A DNA stretch of 64,000 nt. Source: an uncultured Acidobacteriota bacterium (lineage in GTDB: Bacteria; Acidobacteriota; Vicinamibacteria; Vicinamibacterales; 2-12-FULL-66-21). Every line of letters starts with the position of its first letter. Position 1 is the stretch's first letter. Made by a program: the position numbers and the translations under genes. Under the pieces are notes generated by a model. That model was not told where the DNA came from. It made no database searches and saw only the letters and a program-made list of their open reading frames with translations. The DNA lies in contig CAWDPQ010000004.1 of assembly GCA_963804245.1 (NCBI GenBank), positions 4,915-68,914 on the forward strand, written 5' to 3'. Below are positions 9,416 to 19,551 of the stretch, piece by piece.

Positions 9416-10078
9416 ATGACGACTATCGGACTCATTGGTGCGGGGCACATCGGAAGTCAGATTGCACGACTTGCAGTGGCCAACAACTACAACGTGGTAA
9501 TCAGCAATTCGCGTGGGCCCGAGACCTTATCAGCGCTGGTTGCCGAGCTCGGTCCGAGAGCCCGCGCGGCGACAGCCGTGGACGCGGCGAAGGCGGGAGA
9601 CATCGTGGTGGTCACTGTGCCACTGAAGAACTACCGTTCCGTTCCGGTCGAACCTCTGAAGGGCAAGATCGTCATAGACACGAATAACTATTACCCCCAA
9701 CGGGACGGCCACATCCTTGAGCTCGACAATGAGTCGACCACGACCGCGGAGCTCCTGCAGGCGCATCTCCCAACTTCGAAGGTCGTCAAAGCCTTCAACC
9801 ACATCTACGCCGCAGAGCTGACCGCGCACGGCCAGCCGGCCGGTACGGCGAATCGTCGCGCGTTGGTGATCGCAGGAGACGATCGCGAGGCCAAAGCTAC
9901 GGTCACTCGTCTGCTCGATCAGTTCGGCTTCGACGCCGTTGACGCGGGCCCGTTGAAGGAGGGGTGGCGCATCCAGCGCGATACGCCCGGCTACGGTCCG
10001 CGGCGGACAGCGGAGGAACTGCGCAAAGACCTAGCCGCGGCGAAGCGGTACGCGGAACAGCCCTCAGGCACTCGTTAG
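9416..10078 (+). CDS. NADP-dependent oxidoreductase, F420-reductase (NpdG)-like
   Basis: 220 aa with an N-terminal Rossmann motif (IGLIGAGHIGSQIA) and the block KAFNHI...VIAGDD..AK. GGAGG lies upstream of the ATG. Confidence 0.8.
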   Translation: MTTIGLIGAGHIGSQIARLAVANNYNVVISNSRGPETLSALVAELGPRARAATAVDAAKAGDIVVVTVPLKNYRSVPVEPLKGKIVIDTNNYYPQRDGHILELDNESTTTAELLQAHLPTSKVVKAFNHIYAAELTAHGQPAGTANRRALVIAGDDREAKATVTRLLDQFGFDAVDAGPLKEGWRIQRDTPGYGPRRTAEELRKDLAAAKRYAEQPSGTR

Positions 10079-10112
10079 AAGGGTGCCGTTAGTTGGCCGA
10101 CCAGCGGCGACC

Positions 10113-11111
10113 CTACTGGGGCTCGCCGCTCGTGGGAGTCGCGAGAGCGGATCGGTTGCCGCTCCGTTCGGCGTAGTACCCACTCCGAGTCCGGGCATTT
10201 GCATTCGTCGTGGGTGCGAGCCGAACGAAGACGCGTCTGAAGGTGCCGTCGCCGCCAGGCTTGACCGGGACATATCCCAGTTCGTACTGGCTGGCGAGTT
10301 CCTGCGCGATGGCGCCGTAGATCGTGGGCAACTCCGCGGCAGTCGTGGGGAAGAACGCACGGCCGCCTGCCTCGCGCGCGACAGCCCGCATCGAATAGTC
10401 CGCCTGCAAGATGGTCTCGTGCTGCTCGGAGCGAGGCACGCGGGCTGCCTCGCCGCGCAAGGCGATGACATAGATGTTCACACCCACGCGGCGCGCCAGT
10501 TCCATCACCTCATCGAAGGGAAGATGGCTGGTGGTGTCCAAGCCGTCCGAAAGCAGAATGAGCACCTGCCGCCGGACCTCGGGACTCCCGCGCTGCGCGC
10601 GCTCGAACTCCTTGAGCATCATGTAGAGGCCGTCGTAGAGAGCCGTTGTCCCAGACGCCGTCAACGCGCGGATGGTCGCTTCAACCTGTGCATGGTCGAA
10701 GGTCAGCGGCTGCGGAATGCGGATGGCGTTTTTCACCTCCACGACCGCGCTGCGATCGATTGCGCGGAGCGTGCGAATCAGGCCGCAGGCGGCCTTCTGG
10801 ACGAGCGGCAGATCGGGGCGCATGCTGGCGCTGGCGTCGATCACCAGAGCGACGTCGACCGGCACGTCCTCGCTCGCGAAGAATGACAGTGGCTGCTGCG
10901 CGCCGTCTTCGAACACCGTGAAGTCAGTGCCGGTGAGCCCAGTGATGTGTTTGCCAGCACCATCCGTCACCGTGACTGTAAGCGCCACCATGTCGACGCC
11001 GGTTCTGAAGGGGGCGTGCTGTGCGCGCACGGACGCCGGATTGCCTAGGGTAAGGGCGCTGAGGGCCATCGGCACCGCCAGCGCAACTTTCGTGAAACTG
11101 TGGAATGCCAT
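10113..11111 (-). CDS. Secreted VWA-domain protein (acidobacterial VWFA-related type)
   Basis: The start was moved to the ATG at 11111 (MAFHSFTKVALAVPMALSALTLG, a signal peptide). It has the VDMVALTVTVTD..G block, a MIDAS-like LVIDASASM and ..TALYDG.. The 90 upstream codons of the ORF-track call are Arg-rich and look non-coding. Confidence 0.85.
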   Translation of the reverse strand: MAFHSFTKVALAVPMALSALTLGNPASVRAQHAPFRTGVDMVALTVTVTDGAGKHITGLTGTDFTVFEDGAQQPLSFFASEDVPVDVALVIDASASMRPDLPLVQKAACGLIRTLRAIDRSAVVEVKNAIRIPQPLTFDHAQVEATIRALTASGTTALYDGLYMMLKEFERAQRGSPEVRRQVLILLSDGLDTTSHLPFDEVMELARRVGVNIYVIALRGEAARVPRSEQHETILQADYSMRAVAREAGGRAFFPTTAAELPTIYGAIAQELASQYELGYVPVKPGGDGTFRRVFVRLAPTTNANARTRSGYYAERSGNRSALATPTSGEPQ

Positions 11112-11439
11112 GATCTTGTCCCCGGATCGTGGGTGCCTCGTGCTTCCTACAACGTGTAACGGCCTCCGAACTCGAACCGAACGCCCGGGCGGATCCGCCG
11201 CCACGATGACCTCGCTGCACGCTGACCGAAGTGAGGCAATCCATATACCGGAGTGCGACTCGCGCCGCGAGCGGCCACCACGCGGAAATACTTCGCTAAG
11301 CCGATGTTCGACGCGATCGCCCGGTAAGTGCCTGCGACCAGGAGTGTGCACCGGCACGCACATCCGCATGTCGGGAAACATGGAAGGCGCAGACCGGCGC
11401 TCGGCGTGTCAGGCATCTCGTTTGCCCTGGCCTTTCACG

Positions 11440-11939
11440 TGATCCGCGAAGCAACCCGCCCCGCCGACGAGCTCGCCGCTGCGGTCCGGGCCTGTGACTA
11501 CAGGGCCGTGCGCGGGATGATGGGCTTCAGCCATGCGGGCGATGCGGCTGCGCTTCTGATGCAGCTGACTCTCGACGATCAGGTGGTGGTGTTCCGCGTA
11601 CTCCCGCGCAAGAACGCCGCCGCCGTATTCGAGTACCTGTCGCAGGGTGCGAAGGAACGGCATGCATTTCAAGCGGAGGCAACTCCGGATCGCAGGCGTC
11701 GACTCTGGTAATTCGCGCGCTGGCGCACGAGGAGCTGCGCCTGCCCCAATGGTGGCGTCTGACGCGGCGCGAGATTCCTCTCTGGGCTGACCCTGGGAGC
11801 CATTCTCGGCAGCATCGGATTTCTGCGCCTCGCGCTCTGGTCGGCATACTCCGGCATCTACGGTATCGCATTGGGTGTCGAACGCGAAACGCTCGGATCA
11901 CATCCGACCACATGTAAAGAGTTCCTGAGGAGCGGTTGA
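11440..11939 (+). pseudogene. mgtE: Degraded magnesium transporter MgtE remnant
   Basis: There is an MgtE N-domain-like stretch ([37 protein letters not shown]). After a break, a different frame carries a TM-like piece ([26 protein letters not shown]). The CBS pair and most of the membrane domain are missing. Confidence 0.45.
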
Positions 11940-11948
11940 GCACCGGCC

Positions 11949-12716
11949 TCACTCGGCGCGGAGAATGCTCAGGAAGACGGCCGCGGTCTGTTCTGACGGC
12001 TCCACGCCGAGCTCGTCTCGGAATAGCCTCCGGCAGTTCGCATAAACCCGCAGCGCTTCCGCGCGATTGCCGAAGGCGGCGTGCGCACGCATCAGTGCCT
12101 GGCACGCCATTTCGTCGAAGGGCTCCGCTGATAGCACGTCAGCAGCGTGTTGGATGCCGAGCTCGTGCTCGCCGTTTCGAACGCTGACCGCGGAGAGCAC
12201 GAGCAGCGCTCGACGCCACACGCGCTGCAGTTGCGCGCGCTGTTGGTGGACCCACGCGTGCTCTTCATCCGGGAGGAACGGCTGACGTGTGATCGCGGCG
12301 GCGACATTTGCCGACGCCCACGCATTGGACAACGCGTTGCCCCGCAACGCACCCTCGGCACGATCGATTGCCGTGCGTGCGTCCTCAATGTCGATCCATG
12401 CCGATGGAACCACGAACTGGTACGTGCCGGCGTCGCTCGCGATCCCATGAGGCCGCGGCACGCCGAGTCTTCGCTGCGCCGCGCGTAGCTTGCTGACGAG
12501 CGCGTTGATCGCCGTTTCCACCGACGGCGGGGTTCGCGATCCCCAGATGGCGTCGATCAGCTGCGCCTTCGACACCGGCTGCATCCTCCGTGTGCCCAGA
12601 AACGCGAACAACAATCGTCCCTGGCGGCCGCCAAGTGCCGCCTCGGTCAACAGCCGTCCGTTCCGCTCGAGGGTGACGCGGCCGCACAAATAGACTCGCG
12701 CGTCGGGCGCCAACAT
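11949..12716 (-). CDS. SARP/AfsR-family transcriptional regulator (winged-helix DNA-binding domain + BTAD)
   Basis: 255 aa. N-terminal OmpR-like part: LLFAFLGTRRMQPVSKAQLIDAIWG. C-terminal BTAD signature: EPFDEMACQALMRAHAAFGNRAEALRVYANCRRLFRDELGVEPS. Confidence 0.8.
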   Translation of the reverse strand: MLAPDARVYLCGRVTLERNGRLLTEAALGGRQGRLLFAFLGTRRMQPVSKAQLIDAIWGSRTPPSVETAINALVSKLRAAQRRLGVPRPHGIASDAGTYQFVVPSAWIDIEDARTAIDRAEGALRGNALSNAWASANVAAAITRQPFLPDEEHAWVHQQRAQLQRVWRRALLVLSAVSVRNGEHELGIQHAADVLSAEPFDEMACQALMRAHAAFGNRAEALRVYANCRRLFRDELGVEPSEQTAAVFLSILRAE

Positions 12717-12771
12717 TCCTCCAACTTCGCCGCAATCCGCGTCGGTATCATACGTGGCCAGGGAGGTGGTA

Positions 12772-12921
12772 ATGAAGAAGGTGATTCAGTGTCCGTGCGG
12801 ATCCGTCATCGAAGGTCAGAGCGACGACGACGTGGTGAAAAAGGCGCAGGAGCACGCGAAGACGACGCACGACATGGAGTTATCGCGAGAGCAGGCGCTC
12901 GCGATGGCCCGGCCCGCGTGA
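12772..12921 (+). CDS. Small DUF1059-like protein (49 aa)
   Basis: Own translation: MKKVIQCPCGSVIEGQSDDDVVKKAQEHAKTTHDMELSREQALAMARPA. GGGAGG lies 6 nt upstream of the ATG. The ORF is below the ORF-track length cutoff. Confidence 0.6.
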   Translation: MKKVIQCPCGSVIEGQSDDDVVKKAQEHAKTTHDMELSREQALAMARPA

Positions 12922-12945
12922 GGAGGAAAGAGCGGGGGCCGTCGA

Positions 12946-14466
12946 TCAGCGGCGGAACAAGCCCTTGAGCCTCTTCTTGAGCTCTTCCTCCGCCTTGTTC
13001 CTCAACGCCCGACCGGCGAGACTGGCGACGTCGACGCGCACCACCGGCGCCTGCGCCGAGCCGGTGACGCTGACAGGCAGCGTGACTCGTCCTTGATCCT
13101 GCGTGTAACGCAGGAGGTCGCGGCCCGCCTGTTGTGACAGGGTATCCGACAGCTGCACTTCGCCCCTGAGGTCGATGGCACTCCCGTCCAGGCGCAGCGA
13201 CCCGGCCGCTCGCATGTGGACGTCGGGAGACTCGAACCGCAGGTCGGTGGTATGAGCGGTGCCGTTCGCCAGAGTGAGCGTGGCGGCGAGCTCCGAAAAA
13301 GGTTCGTCGCTGGACGCGTCAGCCGGCGGCATCTTCGCGTCAGCCCGCATGGACGTGGCGATGACGATCGTCTTCACGAGTCCGAGCCTCTTCACCACGC
13401 CATCCTTGATGTCGATCCGTGCCGTGCCACGCGCGCTCTTCATGGCGCGGGACACGTCGGGGCTTTGCCCGTCGATCTCGAGACGTCCGGACAGTCGTCC
13501 TGAGATCACGCCGGGAGTCCCCGCGAAGGCGGTCACGGCGGCGACATCGATGTTGGACACATCGGCATGCAGCCGGAAGGTCGAGCTGGCGTCGGCCGTC
13601 AAGGCCATCGTTCCCTTGTAGCGACCCCCGAACACGCCGAACTCGAGCGCGTCGAAGGTCACGGCTTGTTGCGTGACCCGCGCCCGTCCGCTCAGCGTGT
13701 CGAGTGCCATCGTGCCCATGGTTGCGCGATCCGCGGTCAGCGAGAGCGTGAGATCGGTCGGAGGCGCCTTCGCGGCGGGAACCGCGGGAGTCGTCGAGGT
13801 CAGGCCGGACCCGCTCGAAAACGTCGTGAGAAAGTCAATCAGCCTGGTGAAATTCAGGGCCTGAGCGCGGATTGCGATCTCGCCGACCGGACCAGCGAGA
13901 TTCTTGATCTCACCCGTGCCCGTGAGGTGGGTGTCCTCGGCTGAGAGCGAAATCTTCGTCAAGGTCGCGCCGGCGCCGCGCGGCACCGCGACGATGTCGC
14001 CCCGCAACGTGCGGCCGCCGCTGACGATTTCTACATCGTTCAAGACAATCTCATCGACCGACACGATCTCCAGCAGCGATCCGCTCGTACTCGGCGCCGG
14101 AGTGGATGTCGTCGCGGCGCCGAATGCCGGCAAAGGCAGTTCGAGCCTGGCGCCGTCGAGGTGAACCGTTCCGCCTACGATCTGTCGTGACAGGAGCGCT
14201 CTGAAGTCGGTTCCCAGACGGAGCGTCCGCACGCGAATGCGCGCAGGGTGCCCAATCGACACGCCGCCGAGCTTGACCGTCACGCGCGGATAGATCGAGG
14301 CGCCGATGCTTTCGATCGATACCGGTTGGCCGATTGCGGAAGAGATCTGTGACGCCAGCGCCAGGCGGACGGCGTCGTGCGCGAATAGCGACCGGACCCA
14401 GAAGTACCCAATCACCGACACGAGCACCAGTGCAGCGACGATGCCGATCGCGACTTTCTTCAGCAT
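12946..14466 (-). CDS. AsmA-family outer-membrane biogenesis protein
   Basis: 506 aa with an N-terminal TM anchor (MLKKVAIGIVAALVLVSVIGYFW) followed by a long beta-rich Thr/Ser/Gly region typical of AsmA-like proteins. Confidence 0.75.
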   Translation of the reverse strand: MLKKVAIGIVAALVLVSVIGYFWVRSLFAHDAVRLALASQISSAIGQPVSIESIGASIYPRVTVKLGGVSIGHPARIRVRTLRLGTDFRALLSRQIVGGTVHLDGARLELPLPAFGAATTSTPAPSTSGSLLEIVSVDEIVLNDVEIVSGGRTLRGDIVAVPRGAGATLTKISLSAEDTHLTGTGEIKNLAGPVGEIAIRAQALNFTRLIDFLTTFSSGSGLTSTTPAVPAAKAPPTDLTLSLTADRATMGTMALDTLSGRARVTQQAVTFDALEFGVFGGRYKGTMALTADASSTFRLHADVSNIDVAAVTAFAGTPGVISGRLSGRLEIDGQSPDVSRAMKSARGTARIDIKDGVVKRLGLVKTIVIATSMRADAKMPPADASSDEPFSELAATLTLANGTAHTTDLRFESPDVHMRAAGSLRLDGSAIDLRGEVQLSDTLSQQAGRDLLRYTQDQGRVTLPVSVTGSAQAPVVRVDVASLAGRALRNKAEEELKKRLKGLFRR

Positions 14467-14696
14467 GAGGTACCCCGGAGCGGCACGAGAATCGTACCAC
14501 GCAGCTCAGATCGCGAGGCGAAGTGATCGGAACTTTACTTTTCGGCGTTCCGCGAGAGGCGTATACCTCTGGCCCGCGTGGGTTACCCGCAGAACGTGGG
14601 GCCTGGCTCTGGTTTTCAGTTCCGTAGTGGGCGTGAGTGGCGCAATCTGAAGGAGCAGCGAGTGAACGCCTCGCTGCATTTCCGGCGCGGCTGCCG

Positions 14697-15260
14697 TCAG
14701 CGGCAGACGACGTCGCCGTCGTCGATGGCCCTGCCGATCAGCGCCCCGGCGCCGGCGCCGATGATCGTGCCAAGTGTTTTCGATCCACCGGGAGCGATGA
14801 TGTGACCGAGCACGCCACCACTGATGCCGCCGATGATCAGCCCGGTTGTGCCGTCGTCGCGCCGGCAGTAGTAGCGGTTGTCCGAGCCCCGGTAGATGCG
14901 GTCGTTTCTGCCCAATCGCTGCGAACCATACCGGCGATCGTCCCGTCGGTAATAGCGCGCCGCATCCCAGTAGCCGTTGCGAGCGTCGTAGCGGTCTTCG
15001 CGGCGGTCCCGCCGATCCTCACGGCGATCCGACCGATCTTCCCGACGATCCCATTTATCTTCCCGGCGATCCGGTCGGTCCTCACGACGATCCCACCGAT
15101 CTTCGTAGCGATCCCGGCGGTCGTTGTCCTGGGCCAGCGTAGGCCCGGGTTGCACGCCGACGAATGATGCCAGAAGCAATCCGACGGTGGCCGTTCTGAT
15201 ACGGTTCACTTGGACCTTCTTTCCGACGGTCACGATTGACCTGGTTGAGAAAAAAGGCAA
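14697..15260 (-). CDS. Secreted glycine-zipper (Rick_17kDa_Anti-like) protein with an Arg/Asp/Glu-rich periodic repeat region
   Basis: The C-terminus (GLIIGGISGGVLGHIIAPGGSKTLGTIIGAGAGALIGRAI) is a glycine-zipper 2TM motif. The centre is DRREDR-type repeats. The true start is probably the GTG at 15209 (VNRIRTATVGLLLASFVG, a signal peptide). Confidence 0.7.
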   Translation of the reverse strand: MPFFSTRSIVTVGKKVQVNRIRTATVGLLLASFVGVQPGPTLAQDNDRRDRYEDRWDRREDRPDRREDKWDRREDRSDRREDRRDRREDRYDARNGYWDAARYYRRDDRRYGSQRLGRNDRIYRGSDNRYYCRRDDGTTGLIIGGISGGVLGHIIAPGGSKTLGTIIGAGAGALIGRAIDDGDVVCR

Positions 15261-15380
15261 GTGATATGCCGCCCGTGACGGCCCGAAACGGCTGACTTTC
15301 CTGGGGTGTCCGCGATTCTCCCCTTGAGGTCGGCGCCTGCAGTGGACACACCGTACTCGGCGGATGACTACGGACTCTGT

Positions 15381-15962
15381 TCAGCGCTGACGCACGTAAT
15401 CGAGCCCTACGACGCCGGTCGGGTATGGGGTGGCGGATTTCAGCGTGAATCCCAGGGGTGCGTCATCAGCCCAGATGCGCTTGCCGCGGCCGAGCGTCAG
15501 CGGGTAGAGCAGCAGGTGCAGCTCGTCGACCAGGTCGTGCGCGAGCAGCGTGCGCACGAGCTGACTGCTGCCGTCGGTCGCGATTCTTCCCCCGGGCTGG
15601 GCCTTCAACGCCCGCACTGCCTCGACGACGTTGTCGCGGATGATGGTCGTGTCGCGCCAGATCGGCCTCTCCAGCGTTCGAGAAACGACGTACTTCTTGG
15701 GCGCGTTCATGATGTCGCCGAACGGATCTCCCGGCGGCATCGGCTCGAACGCCTGCGCGTGAGTCACATACGTGCGGCGGCCGAGCAGGAAGGCATCGAC
15801 GTCCTGCATCAGCGCGCCAAAGCTGGCGCCGATGTCGTCGTGCCAGTACGGAATGGTCCATCCGCCGTGCTCGAACCCGCCATCCGGATCCTCATCCTTT
15901 CCACCCGGCGCCTGGATCACGCCGTCCAATGACACGAACTCCGACACGATCAGCTTTCGCAT
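15381..15962 (-). CDS. Dihydrofolate-reductase-family protein (RibD C-terminal domain)
   Basis: The start was moved to the ATG at 15962: MRKLIVSEFVSLDGVIQAPGG...LLGRRTY...LVDELHLLLYPLTLGRG. The upstream extension in the ORF track looks non-coding. Confidence 0.8.
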   Translation of the reverse strand: MRKLIVSEFVSLDGVIQAPGGKDEDPDGGFEHGGWTIPYWHDDIGASFGALMQDVDAFLLGRRTYVTHAQAFEPMPPGDPFGDIMNAPKKYVVSRTLERPIWRDTTIIRDNVVEAVRALKAQPGGRIATDGSSQLVRTLLAHDLVDELHLLLYPLTLGRGKRIWADDAPLGFTLKSATPYPTGVVGLDYVRQR

Positions 15963-15988
15963 GAATCCTCTCGTCTCACGATTCGTGG

Positions 15989-16372
15989 CTACGCGAGGCG
16001 CCGGACGGCGATGGGCAGGACACGATGCCGCATGTACGCGAGGAACGTCGCCATGGCGAATAGCAGCAGCGTGATAGCCGCCGAGCTGATCTCGCCGCGC
16101 ATCAGATGGTAGGCCGTTGCCGACACGGTCACGATCATGATCCCCACTGCCGCCCATGTGACTAACCACGGCATGATCCGGGTCAGTCCGGGAAGTGTGA
16201 GCCCCACCGCGGCGAGCACTTCGGCAACGCCGAGGAAGAGCTGGAACCACCGCGGGAGCGATGCGTTCATCAGTGCGGCGATCGCCGGCGGGGGCGAGAG
16301 AAAGAGCCAGCCGTGGGCGAGAAACGCAACCGCGAGCAGCACCTGCAAGACCCAGAGCATGATGTTCATCAC
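15989..16372 (-). CDS. DoxX-family membrane protein
   Basis: 127 aa with four predicted TM helices and a DoxX-like N-terminus (LWVLQVLLAVAFLAHGW). Confidence 0.7.
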   Translation of the reverse strand: MMNIMLWVLQVLLAVAFLAHGWLFLSPPPAIAALMNASLPRWFQLFLGVAEVLAAVGLTLPGLTRIMPWLVTWAAVGIMIVTVSATAYHLMRGEISSAAITLLLFAMATFLAYMRHRVLPIAVRRLA

Positions 16373-16490
16373 GTCACCTTCCGTCCTCTCTCAACAGTCG
16401 AACGAGAAACGCTCAGATCGACATCCAACCACACAAAGGACGGCGCGGTGAAATCCGGTGCCTACCGGACAAGCTCGGCCGGAATGAGGC

Positions 16491-16991
16491 TTGGTTCTTG
16501 CTCCTTCGTCTGGGCTGGCAACGGGACCCATGGGCATTCTGAACCGATCGTCCACCCGCGCAACGAGCATTACCCGGATCGTCGTTCCGGTCTTGGTCGT
16601 TTCAATGGCGGGGTGTGCCTCGCGACGGCCCGCCACGACACCGAATCGCGGGCGGGAAGCCGGGGCGACACGCATACTCGATGCGCGACAAGGGCTCGCC
16701 TCGTACTATGGCAAGGAGTTCCACGGCAGGGCCATGGCCAGCGGCGCACGCTTCGACATGAACGCCATGGTTGCGGCGCACCCCAGCTACCCATTGGGGA
16801 CCCTCGTCCGAGTGACGAATCTCGCGAACGGCCGGTCGCTGGAGCTGCAGATCCTCGATCGAGGGCCCGCGGCCGGGCCGCGTGCGGACGGCGTAATCAT
16901 CGACGTCTCCCAGGGCGCAGCGCGTGCGCTGGGGTTCGTCAGGGCCGGTCGCGCACGCGTCCGGATCGAAGTCCTCCGCTGGGGGCAATGA
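16491..16991 (+). CDS. rlpA: RlpA-like lipoprotein (double-psi beta-barrel)
   Basis: Lipobox VVSMAGC, then GLASYYGKEFHGRAMASG..F....AAHPSLPLGT-like block and VRVTNLANGRSLELQILDRGP. The actual start may be the internal ATG at 16530. Confidence 0.8.
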   Translation: MVLAPSSGLATGPMGILNRSSTRATSITRIVVPVLVVSMAGCASRRPATTPNRGREAGATRILDARQGLASYYGKEFHGRAMASGARFDMNAMVAAHPSYPLGTLVRVTNLANGRSLELQILDRGPAAGPRADGVIIDVSQGAARALGFVRAGRARVRIEVLRWGQ

Positions 16992-17006
16992 TCGGCGTAA
17001 TACGTG

Positions 17007-19551
17007 CTACAGCCGCGGGTCGACCGGCTCACTCTCGAGAGCGAGCACGCCGAACACGCACTCATGCACGCGTCTGAGCGGCTCCCGTTGCACGAACCGT
17101 TCGAGCCCCTCGATCCCGAGGGCGAACTCGCGAAGCGCGAGCGATCGTTTGCCCGACAGGCCCCTCTGACGCAGCCTCTCGAGATGCTCGGGCAGAGTGT
17201 ATTCGGGGCCGTAGATGATCCGGAGATACTCACGTCCGCGACACTTGACTGCGGGCTGCAACAAACCACGTGAGCCAGTCGCGACGAACGACAAGGGCTT
17301 GACCACGGCACCTTCGCCGCCAGTATCGGTGAGGTTGATCCACCAGTCGGTCGCTGCGGCTTCACTCGACGGATCTGCCAAGTCGACCGTCTGGAAAGGT
17401 GTCGTCATCAGCAGGCCGTCATCGGGCTGGACGAAACCGCCAATCGTCTTCAGGTGCCAGGCGTGATCCTTGTCGGTGTGCACCGCGCCTTCCGTGGCCA
17501 TCACGTGAAACGGCGCGATGCGGATATCGCGAAGCGATTCGACCGGCCAGCAGTAGTGCCGGTACGCCTGCGCGAACCGGTCGGCGAGATCCTGCCGGAG
17601 CTTGTGACGCTCGAGGAGCGTTCCCACATCAATCCCGCGCCCAACCGCGCGCTCGAGCGCCGCTACAGTCGCTCCCAACCCAATGCGTGCGGCGGTTCCG
17701 ACCGACGCATATTGCTGCCGCACGAGCTCCAGCGCCTTTGCCGACCAGGGCATCAGCTCGCAATCGAGACACACCCAGTTCGTGTCCAGCCGCTCCCAGA
17801 ATCCGCTCCGGTCCAGGGAGTTGCGAACTGAGGCGAGCAGCTCGCGTTCCAGCGCGAGATCATCGAAGAATCGCCGACCCGTGCGTGTGTAACAGATTCC
17901 GTCCTCGTTCTCGAGGATCCCGAATCGTTCGCGAGCGACGTCCTGATTTCGGCAGACGATCAGAATGGCGCGGGAGCCCATGTGCTTCTGCTCGACGACG
18001 ACGGTCGAAACGCCGTTGGCGCGGTAGTACGAGAACGCTTCACCCGGATGCTCCAGCAGTCCATCAGCCTTGCTCGTCTCACTCGGGGACATCGTCGGCG
18101 GCAGGTAAATCAGCCACTTCGGATTTGCCGCGAACCGGCTCATCACCTCCAATGCCGCGGCCGCATTCTCCTCGCGAATCGTGACGTTGCGGTGCAGCCG
18201 TGTCGTCACGAGGCGCTTGCCTCGAACGTCGTCGATGTCGAGGAGGTCGTCGTTCGCCTGCTGCGCGCTGAGCGCGGGAGCTGGGACTGGCATGAAGGGG
18301 CGAACCGCGTCCGCGTACGGCTCCCGGGCCGGCACCGAGACCAGCTCCTTCTCGGGCCATCGCAGTGCCGTCAGTCGGCCGCCGAACACACATCCCGTGT
18401 CGATGTTGATCGTGCGATTGAGCCACTCCGGCTCGGGGACAGGCGTGTGTCCGTAGACCACGCTGGCACGTCCGCGGGTACTCGGCCGCCCAGTTGTAGC
18501 GCATCGGAAGCCCGAACTCGTCGGTCTCGCCGGTTGTCTCGCCGAAGAGGGCGAAGTCCCGCACCTTCGCCGACCCACGCCCTTGCATCTCCGCCTTCAT
18601 ACCGGCATGCGCCACAACGAGCCGACCGTCGTCGAAGACGTAGTGGCTGACGAGCCCATCCAGGAACTTCTGGACCTCGGCTCGAAACTCCGGGGTCTCC
18701 TGTTCGAGCTCGAACAGCGAGCGATCGAGTCCGTGGGACACGGTGACGTCGCGGCCCTCCAGCTTCCGCTTCAACTTGATGTCGTGGTTGCCAGGGACAC
18801 TCAACGCGGTTCCGGCCTGCGACATCGACATCACTGCCTTGAGCGTGTCGACGATGCGCGGGCCGCGGTCCACGAGGTCGCCGACGAAGATCGCTTTTCG
18901 GCCTGCCGGGTGTGCCCACGGGCCGCCGTCGTTCCTCGCGTAGCCGAGCTGCTGTAACAGTTGTTCCAGCTCGTCGCAACAGCCGTGAACGTCGCCGATG
19001 ATGTCGAACGGCCCGGTTTCGCGCTTGCGATTGTTCCACAGCGGCTGCCGGGCGATGACGGCCGCGTCGACTTCTTCCTGCGACTTGAGCACGTGCACGT
19101 GCCGGAAGCCTTCGCGCCCCAGCCCGCGAAGCGACCGACGCAGCTGGCTCCGCTGGTTGCGAATGACGTGGGGACCGAAGTCACGATCGGGTCGGGATCG
19201 ATTCCGCTCGTGGCAGACGCGCTCGGGCAGATCCAGGACGACCGCGACGGGGAGCACGTGGTACTCCCGCGCAAGCGCAACGAGCGGCTTGCGCGCCTCG
19301 GGCTGGACGTTCGTCGCATCGATGACAGTCAGCTTGGCGCGGGCCAGGCGTCTCCCGGCGACGAAGTGCAGCGCGGCGAAAGCGTCGTCCGTTGACGACT
19401 GGTCGTTCTCGTCGTCCGACACGAGCGCGCGGAAGCCATCGGACGACATCACTTCGGTCGGCAAGAAATGCTTGCGCGCGAACGTCGACTTGCCGCACCC
19501 CGACGGCCCGATCAGGACGACCAGGGAGAGCTCCGGAATCGTCAGTGTCAT
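17007..19551 (-). pseudogene. pnkp: Polynucleotide kinase-phosphatase-ligase Pnkp (RNA repair), single frameshift
   Basis: Kinase P-loop GPSGCGKS. Metallophosphatase motifs GDVHGC, GDLVDRG, GNHD. Ligase lysine block EQKHMGSR. The reading frame changes near 18475-18477: ..[10 protein letters not shown] in one frame and [18 protein letters not shown] in the next. Removing one C from gagtaCCCgcgg restores a continuous protein of about 848 aa. Confidence 0.85.
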
